From an uncultured virus (IMG/VR IMGVR_UViG_3300042515_002586) (lineage: Duplodnaviria; Heunggongvirae; Uroviricota; Caudoviricetes): a stretch of DNA of 64,000 bases. Positions 48,561 to 57,740 of the stretch are shown here, one piece after another (the first letter of the stretch is position 1; each line of letters begins with the position of its first letter). The DNA is taken from the IMG/VR virus record IMGVR_UViG_3300042515_002586; one strand, written 5' to 3'. The notes beneath the pieces were generated by a model. That model had not been told where the DNA came from and ran no database searches. It saw only the letters and a list, made by a program, of their open reading frames with translations. The position numbers and the translations under genes are program-made.

Positions 48561-49397
48561 GCAACCTTGATCTCATTCTTGTTATATCACGTATATAAAC
48601 ACTACCTCTTTGAATCTTTGTATCTTCTTTTAATAAGTCATATTCAATCTCTAAGTATGAGTTATCAAACATTTTTATTGGATGATCTCCAATAATAATC
48701 TTATTATCTCTAATAGTTATTAAATAACTATTAGGAGAACTATAGTTTGAAAAAGAATATACATAATTACCTAAATAACGAATAAAATATAACATAAGTT
48801 TAAAAACAATATCAGTATTCAATTTCATTTGTAAGGTAATTGTAACCAAAAATTAAACTATAGTTACAACCAAATCTAATAGTATTTTTAAATTCAAGAT
48901 ATTTAGAAAAACAACCAAAATAAATATTTAGATTATCATAGTCAAATGTTGATACTGTACTAAATTTAGTAAATTTGAACATTTTAATTATATTAAGTTT
49001 TAATATACTCACAAGTAAGAATGTCATACCTTACATGTTGTAAGGTATGGTGTAAAAAAATGTGATTTTTAAGCACATTACTAGAATAAAAATATACGTA
49101 AAAATCAAAAGCAGTTGAAGAATCATAAGAAAAATACCTACAACCGCCACTTTTATACGCAGTAAATTTAATATTCATTTTTAAATTCTTCTGTTAAATA
49201 ATCAAATACCCATGCTGGATGACTTTCTAATGGAGTATAATAGTGAATATTAACTTTATTATTAGAAAAGTATATATAAACTTCTCGGTGAAGCTCATCA
49301 TTTTCTTTTATAAAATAAAAATCAAATAGGCTTATATCATCAACAGTAATAAACTTCATGTGTTTCTTTTAAATAATTAAACTAACAAATACAATAC

Positions 49398-50663
49398 CTA
49401 TTGAATAAGAATTAACTCACCAAAAGGTACTGATGCATGACTATAATTACTTAAAAAGATCGTCTTATATAATGGAGGCGCGTCTGGAAAAGCTCCCATT
49501 GTATCAGTAAAGAATACCAAACAATCAGACTTTTTAAGAGTTTTTAAGTTATCTAAATAACTAAAAACAGGTCTAAAGTCTGTTCCACCATTACCTCTTA
49601 AAGGTAATGATAACCATTTATTTATATCTTTAGCATCAAAGTCAAATACATCATGAATTTCACAATCACAAACAATAACCTTTACTTCACAATTAAATTG
49701 CTTCTGTAAGTAATAAAATTGTGATACAGCATCAGTTAATTCTTGAACTCCCATACTTCCAGAAGTATCAATAGCAAGATAAATCTTTTTAGATTGTTTT
49801 TCTGGAATTAGTCTAGGAAGAAAACCCAAGTGGTTTTTTCTACTATTACCTACAAAACTAAAACTACTCTTATTTAAAGAATCAGTAAGAGCAAGCTTTA
49901 ACTTCCTCCTCCAGTCTACTTTAGGAGCAGTAAGTTCGTCTACTGTTCGTTTAAAAGCCTCACCCAAGCATTCTTTAAAAGTAACAATAACTTTTATAAC
50001 TACTTCATTAAAACTTTCAATTTCTTCTCTAGTAATAGTGTCTACGTCAACATCTGCTGGATAATTTTGCTTTACATAATCACAAAAGTCAGGATTATTT
50101 TTTTGTAGCCAATCATAAAGTTCAAACCAATCTAATTTTAGATAGTCTGGGATTTCAAATTTATAGGGCCCCAAATCAAATCCTGTTTTACTTGCATTAT
50201 CAAAAACACCCGGATATTTTCTGACCAGAGCTCCATTGAAGAAAGGAGACTTCCAATCTTCAATGGCTCTGTTTATAATAAGATCCATACAAACATTTGC
50301 AAGCATCTTATTTGGATATCTTTCAGTTGGAAAATCAAAGTGGCTATACATTAAATGTAAAGCTTCATGAATAAGTAAAGTATATCTTTCAAATCTTTCT
50401 AATTCATCATAACTTGGACAACCTTTCTGACTTTTTCCATTTAAACATAAAAGTCTTGGATTAACACCAGCCATAGCTGGTAAAGCAGAAACATTGACTG
50501 TTAATCTTAAAAATAGAGAAGAAACCCAAGGATAGTGAACAGTTAAGAAACACAAATCATTTTCATACAACTCAAGAATTTTTGCTTTCTTAGAGTCGTC
50601 AACCTTTTCGTTAATATTTTGAATTTCTTTCTCCTCACTTATATCTAAAGTATTGTTTTGCAT
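49398..50663 (-). CDS. Metallopeptidase-like + VWA protein (DUF2201-like)
   Basis: HEALH zinc motif; VWA MIDAS DTSGS, GGTDF and FFTD. Confidence 0.85.
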   Translation of the reverse strand: MQNNTLDISEEKEIQNINEKVDDSKKAKILELYENDLCFLTVHYPWVSSLFLRLTVNVSALPAMAGVNPRLLCLNGKSQKGCPSYDELERFERYTLLIHEALHLMYSHFDFPTERYPNKMLANVCMDLIINRAIEDWKSPFFNGALVRKYPGVFDNASKTGFDLGPYKFEIPDYLKLDWFELYDWLQKNNPDFCDYVKQNYPADVDVDTITREEIESFNEVVIKVIVTFKECLGEAFKRTVDELTAPKVDWRRKLKLALTDSLNKSSFSFVGNSRKNHLGFLPRLIPEKQSKKIYLAIDTSGSMGVQELTDAVSQFYYLQKQFNCEVKVIVCDCEIHDVFDFDAKDINKWLSLPLRGNGGTDFRPVFSYLDNLKTLKKSDCLVFFTDTMGAFPDAPPLYKTIFLSNYSHASVPFGELILIQ

Positions 50664-50670
50664 TTTTTTT

Positions 50671-51918
50671 TTATTTTGAAGCTCGTGCTAGAGCAATATC
50701 CATTAGATTACTAAGAGATGTAAACTCTGTAAATCTATTTTTGTCATCTAAAAGGGAAGTTGTCTTTAATTGTCTATAAGACTCTCGACTTGTAAGACCT
50801 CTTGTTAAAGTTAACTTAAGGCTCTTTTCAATCTTATCATCCTTAACCCAACGTGAAATATTTTCAATCATTCCAATATCATTAGGAGTAAGATAATCCA
50901 ACAAGTGAATTGCATCATCGCCCTTAGAAAGTTTTGCTTGGTGAGCATTGTCTGCAATATTTCTTAGTCTGTAACTCAATTCATAAAGAATAGAATAAAC
51001 CATGTCCTTATTTTCATACTTATTAAATCCACATTGCTTGCCTTCAACAATATCAGTTATATTAAACGATGCTTGAAGTAGTTGGAAGAATTGATAGAAA
51101 GCTGAACCAACTTTCATGCCTAAGTATGCTTGAGTTACTTTAATATCTAGAATTTCAGTTTCTTTTGAACCATAAGTTCCTTCATTAACTCTAATATAGT
51201 CACTAAGCTTGTGCCAAGTTCTTGGATTTGGTGAACTTGCAAAATCATCAGTATCTGCTTGAGTAGGTAAATTCTCAAAAGAATCTCTCATTTGTTCTAA
51301 ATACCCGATAATAGCAGGATGAATTTGCTTATCAAGTGCCCAAGGCTTCCAAGAGTTAAAATCGGCAACAAGCCTGAAACTTAGAATTCTTGTTTTCAAG
51401 TTTGCTGGCACATCAAAAACAGCAGCCAAAGATTCAATAGTGTTACCAGCTAAAACAATCTGTGATCTGTTGATATCAATATTGTGGTCACCAACTTTAC
51501 CATCAATAATGTTAGCACCTAAGTTCTGGATTGTTTGAGGAGCCTGATTAAATTCATCCAAAAACATAATGTTAAAGTTTGAATTTCCAGAATCTGGTTG
51601 ATTTGCAATAGGAAAAACTCTTGGTGGAGCAAACGAACAAGTTTGAAGACCATTAGGTAATTTCTCATATACTGGAACACCCTTTAAGTCTGTTGGGTCA
51701 ACTTGGTTAAGTCTATAAGATAAAACGGTAACGTCTTTTTCTTCTCCACGATCCATTAAGTTTTGTGCGTGTTTTTCAACAATTGATGTCTTACCAGTAC
51801 CTGGATTACCAATTAAATTAAGAACATGGGAAGTACCAGTTTCTTTCTTAACTTTGTAAAATCTGTACAGAAGTTCTTCGGCTTGTTGAATTGTGATTGA
51901 TGGAATATTATTGTTCAT
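50671..51918 (-). CDS. MoxR-like AAA+ ATPase
   Basis: GNPGTGKT, DLKGVP, FLDEFN, AGN and NPRTW motifs; paired with VWA gene. Confidence 0.9.
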   Translation of the reverse strand: MNNNIPSITIQQAEELLYRFYKVKKETGTSHVLNLIGNPGTGKTSIVEKHAQNLMDRGEEKDVTVLSYRLNQVDPTDLKGVPVYEKLPNGLQTCSFAPPRVFPIANQPDSGNSNFNIMFLDEFNQAPQTIQNLGANIIDGKVGDHNIDINRSQIVLAGNTIESLAAVFDVPANLKTRILSFRLVADFNSWKPWALDKQIHPAIIGYLEQMRDSFENLPTQADTDDFASSPNPRTWHKLSDYIRVNEGTYGSKETEILDIKVTQAYLGMKVGSAFYQFFQLLQASFNITDIVEGKQCGFNKYENKDMVYSILYELSYRLRNIADNAHQAKLSKGDDAIHLLDYLTPNDIGMIENISRWVKDDKIEKSLKLTLTRGLTSRESYRQLKTTSLLDDKNRFTEFTSLSNLMDIALARASK

Positions 51919-53315
51919 TGGTATTGTAGTTTCCTTAAAGTATTTATATAGGTTTTGATTTCTTGATAGTTAAGTTCATCTATAGAAGAAATTATTTGTT
52001 TCTCCTTTAGAATAGCTTTAGTTATGATGTCATTTGTCACTTCTTGTGAAATTTTGCTTAATTCAGTATATCTTTGACTAGGACGCCATACAGGAATATC
52101 TCCTACATAAGCGTAGTATCTTACACCATCATAAGTTATAACTTCTCTTGAAGATTCTTTTATTTTTTGAATTGTTTCTTCATATGTTAAATTTGTAGGT
52201 AAATCTAGACATGTTGCAATTAAATTAATTGCACCTTTAGAAGATACACTTCTAAAGTCTAGTAACAAATCAATTTTTTGGTTTTTAGAACACAAAGCTT
52301 GCTTCTCTAAAGAAACACACTGTGTATTAACCTTTAATCCTCCAGGCAGTACTAGTCTAATACTACCAGGAAAAATCTTAGATTCATCTAAAATTGTTGT
52401 TTTGCTTTTGTAAGCTTCTACACATGATCTTGAATTTTGATACTTTAAAACAGAGTTATCTAAGTTTAAAGTAAGATCTTTTTCTTTTTCTTCTTTTTCA
52501 AGAATACAAGATAATTTCTTAATTCCAGAACTCATAAGATCACCAGAATCTAACATACTATTTTCAGTTGCAATAAATGCAACTCTTATAGTAGTTATAA
52601 ATGGTAAGCAATAATCGGGAAATGAGTAGTTTTTTGGTTTTATAGGATTTGAAAATTTTTCACATGTTTTCAAAGAACCTAATTCTCTTATAATTCTATC
52701 TTTAGGCATAATATGAGCAAAACCAAAACCCATATCTATAGCTTGTTTACTTATTCCGTCACTAGAAGCAAGATAACAAATGTCACCAACATCGTGCTTT
52801 GGAATAGAAAACAAATCAAGAGAAAATTTAGGATATTTTTTCTTAAAACTAAAAAAAAGTTTTTCTAAAGCATTTGCTTTAGCCTTCCCAGAATCAATAA
52901 AATTAAGTTTATTTAACTTATCTTGAAAAGTCTGTGAAGGTTGTAACTTAATTGAATTATTATAAGTATATAATGAAAAAGGGTGTATCTTATCCTGTAA
53001 CTTATTCAGTACAGGAAAACTAGCTAAGTAAGCATTGAAATCAGCAAACAAAGAATCATTAATTCTTTTTTGAGAGTATTCAGGATCTTTTGATACATAC
53101 TTACTTTTAAAATCAAATAAATCTACAAAGTCTTCTCCATTAGTTAATCTAAAATTACCTTCTTCATTGTAGATAATTGTAGGAAAAATAAACTTTGAAG
53201 CTGACTCAACTTTGATATCTGAATTCTCTACGCTTGATGTTGTAGAAACTATACAAGCATTAAATTCTTTACAATCATAAAGTAGCTTAATTTTCTTTAC
53301 TTCAAAACTTGACAT
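51915..53315 (-). CDS. Putative RNA polymerase beta-like subunit (minimal DPBB)
   Basis: RVAFIATENSMLDSG ~ VAF..EDS; RLVLPGGLKV ~ K...HGNKG; IDLLLDFRSVSSK ~ DIVLNPLGVPSR. Confidence 0.6.
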   Translation of the reverse strand: MSSFEVKKIKLLYDCKEFNACIVSTTSSVENSDIKVESASKFIFPTIIYNEEGNFRLTNGEDFVDLFDFKSKYVSKDPEYSQKRINDSLFADFNAYLASFPVLNKLQDKIHPFSLYTYNNSIKLQPSQTFQDKLNKLNFIDSGKAKANALEKLFFSFKKKYPKFSLDLFSIPKHDVGDICYLASSDGISKQAIDMGFGFAHIMPKDRIIRELGSLKTCEKFSNPIKPKNYSFPDYCLPFITTIRVAFIATENSMLDSGDLMSSGIKKLSCILEKEEKEKDLTLNLDNSVLKYQNSRSCVEAYKSKTTILDESKIFPGSIRLVLPGGLKVNTQCVSLEKQALCSKNQKIDLLLDFRSVSSKGAINLIATCLDLPTNLTYEETIQKIKESSREVITYDGVRYYAYVGDIPVWRPSQRYTELSKISQEVTNDIITKAILKEKQIISSIDELNYQEIKTYINTLRKLQYQ

Positions 53316-53547
53316 TTTTAATTAACTGAAAAATTGGTTTTTTGGATTTATTATCAAAATACATAGTATAATTATGTATCTTGTTACAAGAACATAAAGA
53401 AGACACTTCTACAGGTTTTTGTAATTCACTTGTAACAATTGGCTCATTAAAACTAAGTTCAATGTCTGGATCATTAGTAGTAAAAGAATTTAGTTCTTGC
53501 TTTGAACAAGAACAAGTAGGTTTGTTGTTAGTTAGTATAAAAATCAT
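53302..53547 (-). CDS. Small zinc-binding protein between the RNAP subunit genes
   Basis: CSC...CSCNKIH; overlaps both neighbours. Confidence 0.55.
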   Translation of the reverse strand: MIFILTNNKPTCSCSKQELNSFTTNDPDIELSFNEPIVTSELQKPVEVSSLCSCNKIHNYTMYFDNKSKKPIFQLIKNVKF

Positions 53548-54719
53548 TTTTGTAGGTATACCTCATCTATAAATTGTTGTAGAGTCTTAAATCTACTTAA
53601 AAATCCAGGAATGTCATCTATGCTCTTAGAAGTAACGGTAGATGTAAAAATATTACCGCTCTCTTTACTTTCTTTAATTTCAAGCATTTTAGAATTAATA
53701 TAATTAATTTTAGAGTTTATTTGATCATTAGTATAATCACCTTTTCTAATATCCATAACAAATTCTATTAAGTCAATAGATTGTTGAGAAATTTCGTTCC
53801 AAGCTTCTGTTAAAGGAAAATCAGAATTTTTAAACTTCTTAGCTGTGTTATATAAGTTAAACTTAATAACATAAGTTGCCAAAGCTATTGGAGTATTATT
53901 AAAATAATTAGTTAAATAAGTAGAAAGTTGCTTATTACTATGTCTATTACTTTTTCTAAATAAAGTAGAAAATTCAGAATCAAAAAAATTCTCATCTGCT
54001 GGTAATCTTGTCAAGTTAAAATTCTCAACAACATTACACCCATTATTTTCTGAAACGACACAAAAGAGAGTATCTCCATCACCATCGCCTTGTAAGCAGT
54101 TTTTTAATGTATTATTATTCAAATAAACAGCATCTAAAACTTGGTTTCCATCAGAATAAAAATCAGAAATAATAACTTTTAATTTTATAGTAGTATTTGG
54201 ACCTAAATTAGGAAACCTAGTAACAACTAGTTCTGATAAATTTTCCCATGATTTTTTTGAATTAGCACATAAATTAGAATAAGTTCTTTTACTAATTAAA
54301 ATAGAATCTTCAGGAATATTACAATTAGACTGAACAAAAGACATAAAGCCAGGACCTTTTTTGTCTTTTAAAACATTGTTCTTTATAAAATTACCTAAAT
54401 AATTTTCTGCTTCTTTAATAGCTTTTTCTAGTTCAGTAGTATATAAATAATAAGAATTATCTTTAGTATTAAATGGATAAGTATTTAAAAACCGGTGAGC
54501 ATTTAAAAAATGTGCCAAGCTTTTATTAATCCAAGCAGTTCTAATACCTTTAACTTTACCATTAGTGTTATCTACAATATAAGAAATGTCTTTAGAAAGA
54601 AAAGAATTAGGAACATTTACCTCAATGTTCCTAATATTTATCTTCTTTGGAATATCTATATCATAGATTCTTCTAATTGATGTTAAGGGTCTAAAATCAA
54701 TTTTCGTATTTTGTAGCAT
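53544..54719 (-). CDS. Putative RNA polymerase beta'-like catalytic subunit (minimal DPBB)
   Basis: VVTRFPNL ~ NRxPTL; AVYLN...LQGDGDGDTL with DxDGD metal triad at 54072-54086; VMDIRKG. Confidence 0.75.
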   Translation of the reverse strand: MLQNTKIDFRPLTSIRRIYDIDIPKKINIRNIEVNVPNSFLSKDISYIVDNTNGKVKGIRTAWINKSLAHFLNAHRFLNTYPFNTKDNSYYLYTTELEKAIKEAENYLGNFIKNNVLKDKKGPGFMSFVQSNCNIPEDSILISKRTYSNLCANSKKSWENLSELVVTRFPNLGPNTTIKLKVIISDFYSDGNQVLDAVYLNNNTLKNCLQGDGDGDTLFCVVSENNGCNVVENFNLTRLPADENFFDSEFSTLFRKSNRHSNKQLSTYLTNYFNNTPIALATYVIKFNLYNTAKKFKNSDFPLTEAWNEISQQSIDLIEFVMDIRKGDYTNDQINSKINYINSKMLEIKESKESGNIFTSTVTSKSIDDIPGFLSRFKTLQQFIDEVYLQK

Positions 54720-55188
54720 AGAATTCTTTTAAAGCTTTTTGAGTTTTTAAAACTTTGTATATAGGTAAGCCTTTTTTCCTATATAATGTACTATAGTTTT
54801 CACCAGAGAGAATTAAGTCTATAACTTCTCTAGTAAAACCATCTAGTTCTCTAGTTTCATCAAATAGTTCTATAACAAAGAAATCAAATTTGTTTTGTTT
54901 TTGAACTATATTTGCATATTCAGCTTCATAAGAACTTGAATTTGCTGTATTGAGTAATTGTCTTTTTGTTGCATACCTAAGCCAATCAATAAGTTTAGAA
55001 TGTGCGACCTTAAAAATCCAATCATTTGTGGGTAACGAATTAAATTCTTTATAATAATTTATTACCCACAAAATAACTTTTTCATAAACATGCTCATTTG
55101 CTTGTTCATAATAATAAGGATTGAATAAGTATTTTTTACAAATACCTAAACACATCCTTTCAATGTTAACAACTTCTTGGGCTGTCAA
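54697..55188 (-). CDS. ECF/sigma-70-like factor (TTG start)
   Basis: Region-2-like WIFKVAHSKLIDWLR; region-4-like REVIDLILSGENY; GGAGA RBS. Confidence 0.65.
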   Translation of the reverse strand: MTAQEVVNIERMCLGICKKYLFNPYYYEQANEHVYEKVILWVINYYKEFNSLPTNDWIFKVAHSKLIDWLRYATKRQLLNTANSSSYEAEYANIVQKQNKFDFFVIELFDETRELDGFTREVIDLILSGENYSTLYRKKGLPIYKVLKTQKALKEFYATKYEN

Positions 55189-55234
55189 CTATGTTTCTCC
55201 AGATTTAATGAATTTTTGGTGAATAGAGTACCTA

Positions 55235-55265
55235 TTATTAGTATTAAACCTTTTAATACTAATAA
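55235..55265. promoter_or_regulatory. Perfect 14-bp inverted repeat upstream of the sigma/RNAP operon
   Basis: ttattagtattaaa-cct-tttaatactaataa. Confidence 0.55.
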
Positions 55266-55301
55266 AAAACCATCAAATAAGTTTCTTAATAACATAAACT
55301 A

Positions 55302-55317
55302 TGGAACTATAGTTCCA
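55302..55317. promoter_or_regulatory. Perfect 16-bp palindrome, operator-like
   Basis: tggaactatagttcca. Confidence 0.55.
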
Positions 55318-55325
55318 CAAATATT

Positions 55326-57740
55326 TTATTTTGAAATTTGATGTTTGTCTTTAATCTTTTCAATTTGTTCAACTCTTATATTACCACCAAGAGCAATAAA
55401 AATAGCAAATTGAGCATACAAATAACATGTTAATTTCTCATTGTCGTGGGTGAATTGAGAGTTATTAATTTCATATAATAAAGCATACATTTCAGCAACA
55501 GTAAGTTTATTAAACAAATTAGACATTCCTGTTATAGTGAGAGGTTTATTTTCACCATAAAAAGATTCAAAATAATGCCTAATCATATAATCATTATCAC
55601 TAATTATATCAGGTAGAGAACAATCACCTGGCTCGATATAGCGTTTTAATGAGTCTACTCTATCACAATGTACTAAGTTTAAAGTTGAACTCCTCACAGA
55701 CTCATTTAATTCACTAAGAGTTATCATAACATCAGCTACTGTAATATTATGTTCACCAGCATAGGCTTTATCTCCAATATCAATTCCTATAAAAGGAAGA
55801 AATACATCGGTATAATGTTGTAAAGTAATAGGATTAACTTCCTTGTCTTTTAAAATACTATAACTAAATGTATTATTGACAATTGGAGATACTCTTAACA
55901 TGAAGTTATCTATAGAAGTAAGCTTACAAAACTCACCTAACGCTTCATCTTTATTAAATTCTTCAAGCCACGATTTAACGTCGCCCAGAAAAGAAACTTG
56001 CTCTTTTGTTCCCTTGTTTCCTCTGTTGTCGGTCGAGCCTCCTCTGTTGTCTTCTCGTAAGTTTTTTTTTTCGGTACTACTATCTTCCTGTAAAATATCT
56101 AGATTTTTTAAGTCATAATCTATATGATAGATATTATCAGGATCTTTTGAAGAAGTACCGACAAAATTAGATTTTCTCGTGTGGCTTGACTGGTTTGGAG
56201 CGTTATAATTGTGATTAGTAACAGGAGCAGTACCAACAGTAAAGTACATCCCTTCTTTAACACTAATGTAACTATTATTATAAATACTTTTTTTAATAGT
56301 AGTACCATCACAAACTAGAGACTCACCTAAATCTAATTCTTGATCATACTCTTCTGTATATTCATAGGTAGGAGGCTCTTGATGCCACTTACAGTTAGAA
56401 ATAAGATCATATTGTAAAGCAATTATCCAGTTATTGCATGTAGATCTTGGCCCATAAAAAGTTGCGTGACCTCCACCTTGACCAAATCCACTACCAGAAA
56501 AACCACCTGCCATACCAACATATGCTTTACCTGAAGGAAGCTCATCTACGTATTCTAAATTATAGTTAGAAATGTCAAATCCAAGTTGTGCTGCCATTTC
56601 AACTCCACCAAGAGATTCTGCAAATTCTAAGTTAGTTAGATTTCTATCAACAGCAGCACCAGGATTAACACCTAGTACTTGTTCCCAAAGTCTAGTTTCT
56701 GCAAATGGGTTTTCACCTTTCTTGATATAAATTTTACTAATACCAATACCATATGGTGCAACTAAATCATTTAAAGTTGTAAAAGTAAAAGGATGTGGTA
56801 AACCACCAGCAACAGTTTTAGGATGGGCTTTATACCAACTAGCATCATCACTAGTTAAAGACCTACCTAACATAGTTTTAAAGTAGCTTTCTGTGGCATT
56901 ATAAGCACACATCAAAACATTCTTAGCTGTTCTTTTATACTTTAAATGTTCCTTTGGAATATATAAACAAAGAACTTTCCTTTTTTCTTTGTTAGTTGGA
57001 TTAATTAAAGTTAATTCTCCATAATCTAAAACACTAATGGCTCTAGTCATTTCAACTTTATTTAGGTTAAGAGTATAACTTCCAATTTCTTCCTCACCAT
57101 CTAAAACCTTTAGAATAGTAGGTTGACCATAAGTATAGTTTGTTATAACATCGAATAGTTCTTCTTGATTTGACATATTTTTTTCTTCTGAACTTTTTTG
57201 TTCTGCTGTATTATTGATTTCTGCTTTAGAAGGAACTACTGTACCTACTAAACTAGTTACTGGGACACATTTAAAATCACTAGAATTTTCTTTTGGTTCT
57301 ATACCAGGAGAAACATAAAATAAATTTTCTGAGTCTGCCTTAAAACTTCTATATACTGTAAGATGAGAGTGGTAGAAATCAACTAACCAAAAATTAAGTT
57401 CATTGTTATGAATAGTACTTCGTCTTTCATAACAATATAACTTATCAGTTTCTTTATTGTAAACAATACAATTTTGCTCCCATTTATCTACTGTTTTATC
57501 ACTAACAGTTAAAGGAAATAATAGATAACTAGGAACATCAAAAGTAATATCAGAATTGTTTATACCTACAGAATAAATTTCATCTTTCTCTGTTGATAAA
57601 TCACTTCTTCCAATTATATACCCAAAATGTAAACCAGATCTATTTTTTTGTGCAATAAAAACCTGTGTTTTTGGAGTAAATAACTTAGGTTTTTTTAGAA
57701 AATCTACAATATCTGAATTCTTAGCCATTTGAAGCTCCAA
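55326..57740 (-). CDS. Large multidomain protein with putative papain-like (C39-type) peptidase domain
   Basis: MCAYNA..YF, GGL....L..L..PYGI and GGHA (candidate Cys/His dyad). Confidence 0.5.
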   Translation of the reverse strand: MELQMAKNSDIVDFLKKPKLFTPKTQVFIAQKNRSGLHFGYIIGRSDLSTEKDEIYSVGINNSDITFDVPSYLLFPLTVSDKTVDKWEQNCIVYNKETDKLYCYERRSTIHNNELNFWLVDFYHSHLTVYRSFKADSENLFYVSPGIEPKENSSDFKCVPVTSLVGTVVPSKAEINNTAEQKSSEEKNMSNQEELFDVITNYTYGQPTILKVLDGEEEIGSYTLNLNKVEMTRAISVLDYGELTLINPTNKEKRKVLCLYIPKEHLKYKRTAKNVLMCAYNATESYFKTMLGRSLTSDDASWYKAHPKTVAGGLPHPFTFTTLNDLVAPYGIGISKIYIKKGENPFAETRLWEQVLGVNPGAAVDRNLTNLEFAESLGGVEMAAQLGFDISNYNLEYVDELPSGKAYVGMAGGFSGSGFGQGGGHATFYGPRSTCNNWIIALQYDLISNCKWHQEPPTYEYTEEYDQELDLGESLVCDGTTIKKSIYNNSYISVKEGMYFTVGTAPVTNHNYNAPNQSSHTRKSNFVGTSSKDPDNIYHIDYDLKNLDILQEDSSTEKKNLREDNRGGSTDNRGNKGTKEQVSFLGDVKSWLEEFNKDEALGEFCKLTSIDNFMLRVSPIVNNTFSYSILKDKEVNPITLQHYTDVFLPFIGIDIGDKAYAGEHNITVADVMITLSELNESVRSSTLNLVHCDRVDSLKRYIEPGDCSLPDIISDNDYMIRHYFESFYGENKPLTITGMSNLFNKLTVAEMYALLYEINNSQFTHDNEKLTCYLYAQFAIFIALGGNIRVEQIEKIKDKHQISK

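Larger units (their letters stand above)
46339..49359 (-). repeat. Tandem array 2 of 16 microprotein paralogs
   Basis: Track ORFs at 46339, 46524, 46711, 46932, 47982, 48157, 48532, 48812, 48993 and 49168 plus 6 hand-translated ORFs with the same C-terminal motif. Confidence 0.85.

Noticed and set aside
40192..49359. Stop-codon reassignment as the cause of the many short ORFs
   Set aside because: The short ORFs lie in different frames, use all three stops, overlap by ATGA/TTGA, and each has its own start and shared C-terminal motif; long core genes are intact in the standard code
40192..49359. CRISPR array or integron cassette array
   Set aside because: Periodicity of about 180 bp is at the protein level only; I see no conserved DNA repeat, attC-like site or integrase, and the genes abut directly
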